From a virus (Duplodnaviria; Caudoviricetes): a stretch of 63,984 bases of DNA. Positions 48,597-58,239 of the stretch are shown here, piece by piece. The notes under the pieces were generated by a model that worked only from the letters and a program-made list of their open reading frames with translations, had not been told where the DNA came from and made no database searches. Every line of letters begins with the position of its first letter. Within the stretch, counting starts at the first letter, position 1. The DNA is taken from positions 1-63,984 of the IMG/VR virus record IMGVR_UViG_3300007609_000018. The stretch is one strand, 5' to 3'. Made by a program: the position numbers and the translations under genes.

Positions 48597-50281
48597 AAAC
48601 TATTCAACGTTTTCATTAATTCATTCATTTTATCAAAATCTTCTGGTGTTTCTACTACCATTGATTCTATTACTTTTGGCAACTCTATCCTCAAGTAGTT
48701 GTTTACTACATCTTTACAATCCCTAATTATGTAGTGTATATCCTCTGTAAGCGACTTTATTTGTTTTTTAGATGATAGTGTAGGGGTGTTTAATAAAACC
48801 TCGCTACAACCCTTTATATTGGAAACAAACCAATCGGTGTTTTTATACTCTTCAGTCATTTCCATTTCAAAGTAAGCATTATTTATATTTTTTAGTAACT
48901 CATTGTCTAATTTAACATAAGGTTCTACTGAACCCATTATTACTTTTATGAATGGACCTTTATCGTCTAACATCCATCCGTACTCTATCATTACTCTTGC
49001 CAACTCTTCATAGTGATTGTTTAGTTTTTGTGTTTGTACAGGTGTTTTTGATTTACTTACCTGGCCTTTATTTACATACTCACTAAACATTTGTTCGCTT
49101 ATTCCAAATAGTCTTGCCGATTCCTTTATGTAAACGCTTTTCTTTATGCCATCTGTAATTAATCTTAATAACTCTACTACTTCTTTTATCTTTTCGGTCC
49201 TTTTAGACGGTTCGCTTGTATATTGCCTTTTGTTTTGATCTGTTTTAAACACTAAGAAATCTTTTTTATTATCTCTAAGGTATTCTTTAAATCCACCTTT
49301 TGCGACCATGCTGTCCGGGTCTTGCTTGTTTGGGAGTATAACTACCTTAACATCAAAATCTTCTTCTAAGGCTATCTGTATGCCCTTTTCAATAGCTTTT
49401 AAACCTGCTACATCTCCATCAAGTAAAAATGTTATATTCTTACTAAATCTACCTATCATTGAAAGCTGACCTTTAGTCAATGAAGTTCCAGAACTACTTA
49501 CTACATTTTCTATACCCCCTTGGGCCATGCTTATTACATCTGTATATCCCTCAACTATATAGCACTCGTTTAGTTTAACTATTGAATCTTTTGCGTGATA
49601 CAATCCATATACATCTTTTGACTTGTTGTAAATTTCTGTGTTCCTACTGTTAAGATATTTTGGTGCTTTTTTATTTTCTTTAATTATTCTACCTCCAAAC
49701 CCACATACCTTTCCAGATAAAGTAAATATTGGAACTGTGGCTCTATTTCTAAAAAAATCATTTCCTTTAGAGTTTAGCAATGATGCTTGTTCCATTAATT
49801 TTCTATCAAAGTTTAGTGTATTTATATCATCACTTGCAAACCCTAATCTAAACTTGTTTATGGTTTCTGCATTATATCCTCGATCAATCCAATACGATAT
49901 ATCTTTTGATTGAAAATGTAAACAAACAGATTCGTGTATTGAATATAAGTTTTCTGAAACTTGTCTTTTCTTTCTTTCTTCTTCAGATATTTCTTCTTCA
50001 AATGGTAAATCAAACTTTTCACAAATCCACTTTATAGCTTCTGGATAAGTAAATCTTTCGTGTTCCATTACAAACCCTACCTTGTTGCCACTCTTACCGC
50101 ACCCAAAACATTTATATATGCCTTTAGAGGGCGATACTACAAATGATGGTGTGTTCTCATTGTGAAACGGACAACAAGCCTTATAGTTACTCCCATTGCG
50201 TTTTAATGACACAAATTCAGATACTATTGAATATATATCTGTATTGTCAAAAACTTTATCTATTGTTGATTTCGCTATCAT
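48593..50281 (-). CDS. dnaG: DNA primase
   Basis: CPFH..CFGC CHC2 zinc finger, KYLNS, VEGYTDV, DGDVAG, DPD Toprim motifs. Confidence 0.95.
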   Translation of the reverse strand: MIAKSTIDKVFDNTDIYSIVSEFVSLKRNGSNYKACCPFHNENTPSFVVSPSKGIYKCFGCGKSGNKVGFVMEHERFTYPEAIKWICEKFDLPFEEEISEEERKKRQVSENLYSIHESVCLHFQSKDISYWIDRGYNAETINKFRLGFASDDINTLNFDRKLMEQASLLNSKGNDFFRNRATVPIFTLSGKVCGFGGRIIKENKKAPKYLNSRNTEIYNKSKDVYGLYHAKDSIVKLNECYIVEGYTDVISMAQGGIENVVSSSGTSLTKGQLSMIGRFSKNITFLLDGDVAGLKAIEKGIQIALEEDFDVKVVILPNKQDPDSMVAKGGFKEYLRDNKKDFLVFKTDQNKRQYTSEPSKRTEKIKEVVELLRLITDGIKKSVYIKESARLFGISEQMFSEYVNKGQVSKSKTPVQTQKLNNHYEELARVMIEYGWMLDDKGPFIKVIMGSVEPYVKLDNELLKNINNAYFEMEMTEEYKNTDWFVSNIKGCSEVLLNTPTLSSKKQIKSLTEDIHYIIRDCKDVVNNYLRIELPKVIESMVVETPEDFDKMNELMKTLNSL

Positions 50282-50363
50282 TTAGTCTTATACCTTACAA
50301 AGTGGGTAAATTCAGAATTGTCTTGTAGCTTTCCTTGACTACATATTTCTGCTTTCATTCCAC

Positions 50364-50582
50364 CTATTTTTCTAAGGAATTTTTGATAGGCTTTTCTTGA
50401 TTTGACTTTTTTCGTTTTCTCCCACATAAAACTACTTTTTTAAATGTTAAACTTTTATCGTTACTGTATTTTAGCTGATGTCTTAAAAACCAATTTTCCA
50501 ATATATGTTTCATTGGGTATCTTTTGGTTTCTATTAATTTATCGTCTTTGTATATTCTTAGCAAATATTTGTTATTTTTCAT
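50364..50582 (-). CDS. hypothetical protein
   Basis: basic 72-aa ORF. Confidence 0.45.
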   Translation of the reverse strand: MKNNKYLLRIYKDDKLIETKRYPMKHILENWFLRHQLKYSNDKSLTFKKVVLCGRKRKKSNQEKPIKNSLEK

Positions 50583-50729
50583 TTTTTCCGTTTAAGCAAT
50601 TCTTGCAAATTCCTAACTGTTCAGAGTTTGGGTTCTTTTTGCAGAATACGCAGTATTGTTTATTTTTCATAATTCTCTAAAGTCTTAATAATCTTATCAA
50701 GTGTATCAATAGTTGAAATTATTTATATA

Positions 50730-51269
50730 CTAATATCTCTTATCTGTCCAATGAATTAATTGACCTGTACAATTACCTTGAAACCAATCCCAAAAGTCCT
50801 CTACGTTATCAAACCCATCGTTTACCGCCAATTCCTGTACTTCTTCATCACTCAATTCTCTTCCATCTATGGTTATATTTCTAAATGGACCTATCTCTGA
50901 ATCAATATTAATTAATTCATAGTCTTGAACAGATACACAAGGAATAATCGGTGCAAAATTAAATGTTTTACTCTTGTATGGCTTTCCTTTCCAAATCTTA
51001 AAGTGTATGTCCATTCCTGCTCTCCATCTGTTTCCAGAACGCATTGTGTGTATTTTAGGCTTACACTCTACATCTAAAAAATCTTCTTGCCCAATAATTT
51101 TTAAATAATCGGATGCATAATCAAGGGCGATAAACTCTGCGAACTGTTCTAAAGTTAATGTTAGATGTTCTAAATCATAAAATCCACTATACACCTTTTC
51201 TACAAAATATGTAAGTTCTCCTGCTCTTGGGTGTCCTGCTAAATACTTTCTTGTTAAATTAATTGTCAT
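50730..51269 (-). CDS. ASCH/PUA-like domain protein
   Basis: KIHTMR...RWRAG...LAVNDGFDN.EDFWDWF pattern. Confidence 0.6.
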   Translation of the reverse strand: MTINLTRKYLAGHPRAGELTYFVEKVYSGFYDLEHLTLTLEQFAEFIALDYASDYLKIIGQEDFLDVECKPKIHTMRSGNRWRAGMDIHFKIWKGKPYKSKTFNFAPIIPCVSVQDYELINIDSEIGPFRNITIDGRELSDEEVQELAVNDGFDNVEDFWDWFQGNCTGQLIHWTDKRY

Positions 51270-51271
51270 AA

Positions 51272-51499
51272 CTATTTAATTTTGTTCTTAAAATAACGCT
51301 CTAAGGCGATTGAAATAATAAACCCTATACCAAATATGCCTAAGTGTATAATAACCTCTCTAAACTTAATTAAAGTGCCAAATACATGGTAAGAAGTGTT
51401 TGCTGCAATTACAATAAATATCTGTACTGCAAATAATACCTTGAATATCTTGCATACTAAATATTTTTGAGTGTAATATTCTATCTGTTCTGGTTTCAT
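51272..51499 (-). CDS. small 2-TM membrane protein
   Basis: two hydrophobic segments. Confidence 0.55.
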   Translation of the reverse strand: MKPEQIEYYTQKYLVCKIFKVLFAVQIFIVIAANTSYHVFGTLIKFREVIIHLGIFGIGFIISIALERYFKNKIK

Positions 51500-52602
51500 A
51501 ACTTTAGTTTTTTAATTATTTTTGCTAATACGTTTACAACTATACTATTACCTGCTTGTATATACATTTGAGTATTGCTACAAGGTATTTTGAATGTATC
51601 TGGAAAGTCCATTAGTCTGAAACACTCTCTTGGTGTTAATCTTCTCACCTTGTTTTCTATTAAATACTGTCCTGCTTTATCATTGCAATTTCCACCACTT
51701 CCCATAAGTGTCCTGCCAATTGTTGTAGAGCTGTAAATCCTTCTACTAAAATCGTTATATTTTTCATTAGGCAACATACCGATAACTTTTAATTCAATTG
51801 AATTGTCAGTAGGGCATAATGCACCATTTGCTCTTAAAGCATTTGCAACATCATCTTCTGTTTTAGGTTGCCATTTAAACCCAGTTCCTTTTTTTTCGTG
51901 TCGGTCTTTATGATTTATAAATCCTTTTATCAATGTTTCACTCAAAAAATACTTTTCATCAACATCATCTTCTAAAACATCTTTTAGTCTTTTTGTTAAT
52001 GGAAATGGTTTTGGAAAGCTAAAGACATTATCCTTATCATCACGTATTCCAATTATAAACACTCGTTCTCGGTTTTGTGGAACTCCATAGTCTTTTGCAT
52101 TTAAAACTCTATGGTATATATGATATGGTACTGAATCTTCTCTCGGAAATATTATAGGATTTCCATTTACACTCTTTCCGCCTAACATATCTATCCACGT
52201 ATTAAAAGTTTTACCATAAGTAGCGTTCTTGTATTTCTTGTTATCTGAAAGCAATCCTTTTACGTTCTCAAATATGAAAAATCTTGGTTTGTTTACTTTT
52301 ATAAATTCGTGGCTATTGTAAAACAATATTCCTCTTTTATCATCTTCTCCACCACGTTTACCGGCTAAACTGAAACTTTGACATGGAGGCGATGTAACGT
52401 ATATATCTAAAGGTTTGGCAGGAATTTCTCTGTCATAAACATTCAAAGGATAGTATGCAGGCTCTCCATAATTTTCTATATATGTCTGTCGTGCATACTT
52501 ATCCATATCACAAGCAAAAATTGTTTTAAACTTTATGCCTAATCTCATCAATGCTTGTTCAAATGCCCCTACTCCAGAAAAATCACTACCTACTTCAATC
52601 AT
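51496..52602 (-). CDS. DNA (cytosine-5)-methyltransferase
   Basis: FSGVG, SPPCQSFS, FENVKG, PQNRERVF, RRLTPREC, QAGNSI motifs. Confidence 0.95.
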   Translation of the reverse strand: MIEVGSDFSGVGAFEQALMRLGIKFKTIFACDMDKYARQTYIENYGEPAYYPLNVYDREIPAKPLDIYVTSPPCQSFSLAGKRGGEDDKRGILFYNSHEFIKVNKPRFFIFENVKGLLSDNKKYKNATYGKTFNTWIDMLGGKSVNGNPIIFPREDSVPYHIYHRVLNAKDYGVPQNRERVFIIGIRDDKDNVFSFPKPFPLTKRLKDVLEDDVDEKYFLSETLIKGFINHKDRHEKKGTGFKWQPKTEDDVANALRANGALCPTDNSIELKVIGMLPNEKYNDFSRRIYSSTTIGRTLMGSGGNCNDKAGQYLIENKVRRLTPRECFRLMDFPDTFKIPCSNTQMYIQAGNSIVVNVLAKIIKKLKL

Positions 52603-52796
52603 TACTGATACCCTCCTTCATCTGTTCTTCCTGGTGGTACATTCATACCACTATTCATAAAATTATCATAGCCTGGATGGTCTGATGGTGCTTTGGCTAC
52701 TTTATCTACTTCAAGCATTTTATCCATTGCAGTTTTTGCATCTAAATTCCCTTTCTTGTATTCGTCTAATACTTCTCTAATCTTATTGTTTTCCAT
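52602..52796 (-). CDS. hypothetical protein
   Basis: coupled small ORF. Confidence 0.55.
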   Translation of the reverse strand: MENNKIREVLDEYKKGNLDAKTAMDKMLEVDKVAKAPSDHPGYDNFMNSGMNVPPGRTDEGGYQ

Positions 52797-52797
52797 A

Positions 52798-53883
52798 TTA
52801 ATTTTCTTTTATAAATGTTACTAAATCTTTTATTTCTTGTATAGTTGCTTGCTCGTAGAAATCTCTTGCATTTTCATACTTTAATCCTATTGTTGCAATA
52901 GCGGTTTCTATTTGGTCCTTGTCTTTTATATCTATGCCTTTTAAAGCATTGTATATTGACATATACTCTTTTTTATCTCGAACTACTCCTTCAGTAAGTT
53001 TTAAATCATCTATAAAAGATAAATCAATGACTTCTTCAAACTCTGCATCTTCTACTTGGTTCTTCTTGTCAATCTTTTCAGTTCCTCTCTTGATTACGTT
53101 TTCTACATCTTTTGCAGTTGATTCATTGGTTTTAATCTTTTTACCACCACGTTCTATCATTTCATCTTTTGGATCTGCTTCATCTACTAAATTCATTAAC
53201 TGTCCAACTCTATCTGCGTGTGCTGTGTTTTTAGGCAATACTTTCCAAAGAAGTCTTATCCCTGTTTTCTTAATCATCTCCCCTAAGTGTACTCCTGTCC
53301 AAAGTGAATTGTTTTTATTACTCTTGTAAGATTGAGATGTATTTCTAATTTCCCATATTCTTTCAATTGGTGTAAATAAACATTGCTTTGTTCCATCACT
53401 AAGTAAACAAGTTGCTAATACACCATACTCTTTGCCTCTTTTGCTTGCACTAAGTCCTTTAGCGTAATATGGTTTATATTTTATTAAATCATCAAAAGCG
53501 TAATCATATTCAAAATCATCGTTTTCATAAATAACGTGAGCATTTGGTTTTTTTGCTATACCTAATACTTCCATCATTGTAATTAATCCTTTGTAGTCTG
53601 GGTCAAGGCAACACTCAACTACTTTTCCTTTTTTTCTTGGAACTAAGTGCGCTTGTTGCAGTACAGGATTCAAACTTAATCCAGATAGTGCTACGTTAAG
53701 TATAGCCTTTTTTGCACTCTCTGGTGTGCAGCTTGCTAAATAACTGTTTGATTGAAACGCCTGTAAAGCATACCCAACTTCTTTCTTAAATGCTATTTGC
53801 GTTTCTTTAGGCAAATAACTTACAAATTCTCTTTTTACATCTTCTGATGCAATTTCACTCTTTAATTTTACTATGTTACTCAT
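52798..53883 (-). CDS. recT: RecT-family single-strand annealing protein
   Basis: GLSLNPVLQQAHLVPR...YKGL...W...EMIKKTGIR....LP. Confidence 0.85.
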   Translation of the reverse strand: MSNIVKLKSEIASEDVKREFVSYLPKETQIAFKKEVGYALQAFQSNSYLASCTPESAKKAILNVALSGLSLNPVLQQAHLVPRKKGKVVECCLDPDYKGLITMMEVLGIAKKPNAHVIYENDDFEYDYAFDDLIKYKPYYAKGLSASKRGKEYGVLATCLLSDGTKQCLFTPIERIWEIRNTSQSYKSNKNNSLWTGVHLGEMIKKTGIRLLWKVLPKNTAHADRVGQLMNLVDEADPKDEMIERGGKKIKTNESTAKDVENVIKRGTEKIDKKNQVEDAEFEEVIDLSFIDDLKLTEGVVRDKKEYMSIYNALKGIDIKDKDQIETAIATIGLKYENARDFYEQATIQEIKDLVTFIKEN

Positions 53884-53934
53884 AACTTTTTTGTTTTAAA
53901 ATGGTTAATTAATTTTATTTATAGACGTTTATGT

Positions 53935-53965
53935 TTTATCTTTTGTATATTTTATAGTTAGCTAC
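53935..53965 (+). other. attI-like cassette boundary site
   Basis: TTTTGTATATTTTATA-GTTAGCTAC; near-complement of GTGGCTAAC 54165-54173. Confidence 0.5.
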
Positions 53966-54152
53966 AATTATCCAACGCACGTTCTATCGTGTAAAAACCT
54001 AACCTATCACCATTTACTATTTTCCTGCATTTAGTTTCAAAATCCCTCTCGTCTTGCCCTAACACAATATAACCGCTGAACTCTCTCACTATTGGTGCTT
54101 TGTGCTTTACGTTATTAATTGCTTGTTCAATTTGTTTATCTGTATATGCCAT
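53958..54152 (-). CDS. hypothetical cassette protein
   Basis: 64 aa; stop codon is the TAA of the boundary core. Confidence 0.6.
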   Translation of the reverse strand: MAYTDKQIEQAINNVKHKAPIVREFSGYIVLGQDERDFETKCRKIVNGDRLGFYTIERALDNCS

Positions 54153-54164
54153 AGCTCTTTAAAA

Positions 54165-54260
54165 GTGGCTAACACAAAATATAGTGAATAGCCGATTAAA
54201 CATTTATTTCAATAGCCAAGTTTTAGGTGTCGGCTACTCACCATACATTCAACGTTATAA
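54165..54260 (+). repeat. attC-like imperfect inverted repeat #4
   Basis: GCTAAC-acaaaa-TATAGTGAATAGCCG ... CGGCTACTCACCATA-cattcaac-GTTATAA. Confidence 0.75.
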
Positions 54261-54803
54261 AAACTTTTCTATTTGTTTATATTGTGCCGTTTTCATTCCT
54301 GCATGTGCTATTGCTATACAATCGCAAATATGCTCCATTCTTGCTTTAATTAAATCGCCTTTCTTATTCCTTTCATAAGGAAAGTTTGGATAATTAGTTT
54401 CTACCCACTTCATCATATCGTCTTTACTTGCATTTATTCTTCCAACAGTAGCTTTTTTTACCTCCGTTGGTGTTACTTGTATTGCATCTGGCTTTAATAA
54501 TGCTATAAACGCACAACTCAACCCGTAGCTTTTCATGCCGTTTGAACTTTGACTTCCACTTGGTGTTTCTGCAAATGTAATAATTGGCTTGATTTCTTCT
54601 GTTTTAGCGAATATCTCGTCTATTACTTGCTTGGCTCTAGATACTGTGTCAGAACTTGCTCTAATCTGCTTATTTTTAGTTTTTTCAGTTTTAACTAAAC
54701 TCCAATCTTGAGGTACAAACTTACCATTCTCTATTACACCCCAAACAAATCCTGTATTTGCCATACTAGGGTCTATTACTAAAACTCTTGTTTCTTTACT
54801 CAT
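54255..54803 (-). CDS. ruvC: RuvC-like Holliday junction resolvase
   Basis: VIDPSMANTG, FAETP, TPTEVKKA...ASKDDM, EHICDCIAIA. Confidence 0.8.
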   Translation of the reverse strand: MSKETRVLVIDPSMANTGFVWGVIENGKFVPQDWSLVKTEKTKNKQIRASSDTVSRAKQVIDEIFAKTEEIKPIITFAETPSGSQSSNGMKSYGLSCAFIALLKPDAIQVTPTEVKKATVGRINASKDDMMKWVETNYPNFPYERNKKGDLIKARMEHICDCIAIAHAGMKTAQYKQIEKFL

Positions 54804-54806
54804 AGC

Positions 54807-55547
54807 TTATTTAATTAATTCTTTAACAATATTCTTTGTGTGTATTGGAAACGAACTTTTGAGCATCCAATTTAGAAACCCTGGTTCATCATACACGGAC
54901 TTATCTTTGTGCTTTCCAATATTAAATCTAACAATACCTTTTTCATCTTCATAGAATGCACTACAAAATTTGTATGGTTTCTTTTTAGCAAAGAAGTAAT
55001 CACTTATTTCTTTTTTAGTTAAATGGCCTGTATCATTTAAAGTAAATACATCTCTTTGTTTGCTTAATATTTCTAAAGTAGCGTTACAATCCCCTAATGC
55101 TGAATGTGAGTTTTCCATTTCTTTTCCAAAATATCTACTATACACCCCAGATAGTGTTTGAGGATTTAACTCTTTCTCTATTTCGTAGCTATCTAAGACG
55201 TTTAAACCGTCAAGCGACCATTCTATACCACACCTTAAAAATTCTTCTATTAGAAGTGGAATATCGAACCTTTTACAATTATATCCTGCTATGTCGCAAT
55301 ATTTAATGGATTCATACAAGCTATTTGCTATTTGTGAAAATGTAGGACAATCTATTACATCTTCATTGCTTATGCTATGAACTTCGGTAGCTTCTTCTGG
55401 AATTGATATAGTAGGATTAATCTTTCTTACCTTTTCTTCCTTATCTCCGTTTTCAAATATTTTAATAAATCCAAACTCTACAATTCTATCTTTTGCAATG
55501 TCTGTTCCTGTTGTTTCTAAATCGAATATTACTAATGGTCTGCTCAT
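54807..55547 (-). CDS. DnaQ-like 3'-5' exonuclease (DEDDh)
   Basis: FDLETTG, GYNCKRFD, HSALGD motifs; start MSRPLV at 55547 couples with the upstream stop. Confidence 0.9.
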   Translation of the reverse strand: MSRPLVIFDLETTGTDIAKDRIVEFGFIKIFENGDKEEKVRKINPTISIPEEATEVHSISNEDVIDCPTFSQIANSLYESIKYCDIAGYNCKRFDIPLLIEEFLRCGIEWSLDGLNVLDSYEIEKELNPQTLSGVYSRYFGKEMENSHSALGDCNATLEILSKQRDVFTLNDTGHLTKKEISDYFFAKKKPYKFCSAFYEDEKGIVRFNIGKHKDKSVYDEPGFLNWMLKSSFPIHTKNIVKELIK

Positions 55548-55906
55548 AATGTTAGTTCTTTTTGTGTTAGTGCAAAATATAGGTTTTGAAGTTGGTGTAC
55601 ATATTGTATATTGCATAATGTATCAGACTTGTAATAAACGTACCATAAACCATTAATATATCCTATATTGTAAACGCTTGATTCCCAAAAATCATATCCA
55701 TATCCTAATTTCTTAAATCGAAATTTCAACAACCATTCTTCTATTAGTGGTATTCCAAATATTTCATCTTCACTACAATCAATATCATCAGAACCGCTTT
55801 CGTCAGAAGATAATTCTGCCCCTCCTTTCCAAATACGATACACATATTGAACTATACCAAACTCGTCTTGCACCCAATTACCTATCCTTAATTCTTTTGC
55901 TTTCAT
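55544..55906 (-). CDS. hypothetical phage protein (ELRIGN / YVHQLQNLYFAL family)
   Basis: terminal motifs recalled from Bacteroidetes phage proteins. Confidence 0.65.
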   Translation of the reverse strand: MKAKELRIGNWVQDEFGIVQYVYRIWKGGAELSSDESGSDDIDCSEDEIFGIPLIEEWLLKFRFKKLGYGYDFWESSVYNIGYINGLWYVYYKSDTLCNIQYVHQLQNLYFALTQKELTL

Positions 55907-55907
55907 A

Positions 55908-56210
55908 TCATTTCCCTTTAAAATCGTTTCTAATTACTACTCCTTGTGATTCCTCAAACATATAAATTATACAATACTTTGTATCTTCTGGATATGTCTT
56001 TGGTAATAATGAATTTAATTTACCTATTCTTCTTATAGGCCCTTCGTAAATTATCTTTTTTGGTTTTGGTACTCCATTATTGCTACAAGTGCCATCTTTT
56101 ACTAACCAATTTATAGGTTTACTTAGTCCTAAAAACTTTATTGTTTGTTTATATTCTCCTACTATTTGTGTTCTCATCTTCCTACTGTTTAAACCATTCT
56201 TTAAAATCAA
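55908..56210 (-). CDS. hypothetical protein
   Basis: ORF in operon. Confidence 0.5.
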   Translation of the reverse strand: MILKNGLNSRKMRTQIVGEYKQTIKFLGLSKPINWLVKDGTCSNNGVPKPKKIIYEGPIRRIGKLNSLLPKTYPEDTKYCIIYMFEESQGVVIRNDFKGK

Positions 56211-57291
56211 CTGTATCTAATAGTTCTTTCACTAATGTTTCTGGTGGACAGTCTTTTATTCGGTTGTTTAGTTGTAATTTTCCATATCTGTTTTTCTTAT
56301 TGTCTATTCTACCACCTTCAGATATGTCTAAATCATCAAACCTTAACTCTTCTAACTCTATCATTTCTTTTGCTATCAAGTTCTTTACTTCCAATTCTCT
56401 TGATTTACATTCTTTTGAAATTTCATTTAAGCATTTCCACTTGTAAGCTAATTCTAAATGCTCGTGTGTTCCAATACCCCAATCCGGATCAGTTCTATAT
56501 CTTTCACTCATAAATTGCTTATAAGTTTCCGTATTGTCTGGGTCCGGTTCTAATTTCTGAATACCACTTGGAGTGTCTTGATTTACAAATGAAACATATC
56601 CTTCTTCTTTTGCTATCTCTTTTGCAGGTAATACTTTGTCATACCAAAATCTTTTAGAAATGTCTATAATTTTGTTTTTAAGGGATTTTATTCCATCACT
56701 ATCGCCTGGTATCGGAAATGTTTTAAAGTTTCTTAGATTGTCAAATATTACTGTTTCTGCGTAATCTAACTCAAAGATTATCATTCCTTGTGTTGGTTGT
56801 GCAATATATTCTGGTGGTATTCCATCTTCCCACTTATTTAAAGCAAATGAATTGGCTGTTTTAATCTCTAATACAGATTCTTTTTCTTCTACCTCACCTG
56901 TGGCTAAGTTTACACTTCCCTTATTCATTAATCTGTCAATAGAGTAAAATAGCCATGGATAATCTGGATTAACTGCATATCCATTTATCTTTCTACACCT
57001 TCGGATTATTTTACCTTCATTGAAGTTTTCAATATATCCATCTTCCGTTCCATCTATGTATTGCCAAATGTTAGCTATCATATCTTCCATTTGCCTACCC
57101 CAAAATAAATGTTGGTTATCCTTTAGTGGTTTTAAAACACCTATCTTCTCATAGAACACTTCTACTGCTGATTTATAAGGGTTTAATCCTAACATAGCAC
57201 TTATGTCTGAACCACCTATGCCGTTTAGCCTAAACTCATACCATTCTCGACTATGGGTTTCTATTCTGTGTATTTGTATTTTACTTTTCAT
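56182..57291 (-). CDS. YqaJ/lambda-exonuclease-family recombinase nuclease
   Basis: W...R.NGIGGSD..A.LGLNPYKS, WG..ME, SIDR, LEIKT, Y.AQ motifs. Confidence 0.9.
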   Translation of the reverse strand: MKSKIQIHRIETHSREWYEFRLNGIGGSDISAMLGLNPYKSAVEVFYEKIGVLKPLKDNQHLFWGRQMEDMIANIWQYIDGTEDGYIENFNEGKIIRRCRKINGYAVNPDYPWLFYSIDRLMNKGSVNLATGEVEEKESVLEIKTANSFALNKWEDGIPPEYIAQPTQGMIIFELDYAETVIFDNLRNFKTFPIPGDSDGIKSLKNKIIDISKRFWYDKVLPAKEIAKEEGYVSFVNQDTPSGIQKLEPDPDNTETYKQFMSERYRTDPDWGIGTHEHLELAYKWKCLNEISKECKSRELEVKNLIAKEMIELEELRFDDLDISEGGRIDNKKNRYGKLQLNNRIKDCPPETLVKELLDTVDFKEWFKQ

Positions 57292-57350
57292 ATTTTTCTA
57301 TATTTTCAAACTATATTTTTTTGATTATAAATACTTTATAGTTTGGTTGG

Positions 57351-57377
57351 GTTGTTTATATTCAGATGTTACCTGCC
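57351..57377 (+). other. attI-like cassette boundary site
   Basis: GTTGTTTATATTCAGAT-GTTACCTGCC; 57368-57377 is the exact complement of GGCAGGTAAC 57591-57600. Confidence 0.65.
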
Positions 57378-57378
57378 A

Positions 57379-57645
57379 TTATACAGCAGACAGGCTATTC
57401 CAAGTTTTTAATATTGTGAACTTATACCAAGCTCTATCAAAATAATAGCCTTTCTTTGCAAGTATAAGTTCAATCAAATGTTGTTCGGCTTCTTTTTCAG
57501 TTTCAAACCCTTCTTTAGGTTGTTCATCAATCGTTTTCACATCTCTACTACCAATATTTCCAACTTGGTAATAAACGTAAATAAAATAACGGCAGGTAAC
57601 AGCACCTATATTCAATAGCGGTTTTTGTGGTTCATTTGAGTTCAT
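57379..57645 (-). CDS. hypothetical cassette protein, start codon inside attC-like site
   Basis: N-terminal MNSNEPQKPLLNIGAV is encoded by the hairpin. Confidence 0.6.
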   Translation of the reverse strand: MNSNEPQKPLLNIGAVTCRYFIYVYYQVGNIGSRDVKTIDEQPKEGFETEKEAEQHLIELILAKKGYYFDRAWYKFTILKTWNSLSAV

Positions 57646-57725
57646 ATTTTCTAATTTAATTTTGTGAATAATTCAAGTTTTGTACTTCTAAGTTCGCAAC
57701 TAAATATAGCTGCGAACCGTTATAG
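57591..57725 (+). repeat. attC-like imperfect inverted repeat #5
   Basis: GGTAAC-agcac-CTATATTCAATAGCG ... CGCAACTAAATATAG-ctgcgaacc-GTTATAG. Confidence 0.75.
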
Positions 57726-58085
57726 GTCATTCATCTCCCAACCTTTACAGCTTGCAATTTTATTTGAAAGAGCAAGAATTTCATCGGTGTTGTAAACCAC
57801 ATAAAGTGCGTCATCTTCAAATAAGCCATCACGCTGACCGCATTCAAAGTCAAGTTTAAATTCAGTTTTTTCTTTTTGGCCTTTATCGAGTATATCAAAA
57901 AAATTACCATAAGAATTTGCATCAACATTTCCAATTAAATCTTCATAAAAAAAGTCTATTGGCTCATCTCCATTAAAAATCGTATCATTCTTAATTTTAA
58001 GCCCTGTAAAAATACAAGGTTCATATTTTGAATAAAGCGTTCCACTTGGGAGTTTATAAAATTCTTGTTTAGTAACTATTCTCAT
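57720..58085 (-). CDS. hypothetical cassette protein
   Basis: 121 aa, bounded by GTTATAGG 57719 and CCTATAAT 58104. Confidence 0.65.
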   Translation of the reverse strand: MRIVTKQEFYKLPSGTLYSKYEPCIFTGLKIKNDTIFNGDEPIDFFYEDLIGNVDANSYGNFFDILDKGQKEKTEFKLDFECGQRDGLFEDDALYVVYNTDEILALSNKIASCKGWEMNDL

Positions 58086-58101
58086 TATTTCTAAGTAAAA
58101 C

Positions 58102-58233
58102 GCCCTATAATAAAGTGTATAGCAAATTGTGGGCGTGTTACAGTTTGCTACTTTGTACCTTTAACTTAATGCTTTGCAAGCTGTTAGGTAGATACTTTTA
58201 ATCCCACAACTTGCCATATTCAAATCGTTACCC
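58102..58233 (+). repeat. attC-like imperfect inverted repeat #6 (AAC core changed to AAT)
   Basis: CTATAAT-aaagtg-TATAGCAAATTGTGGG ... CCCACAACTTGCCATA-ttcaaatc-GTTA. Confidence 0.75.
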
Positions 58234-58239
58234 GTAATA

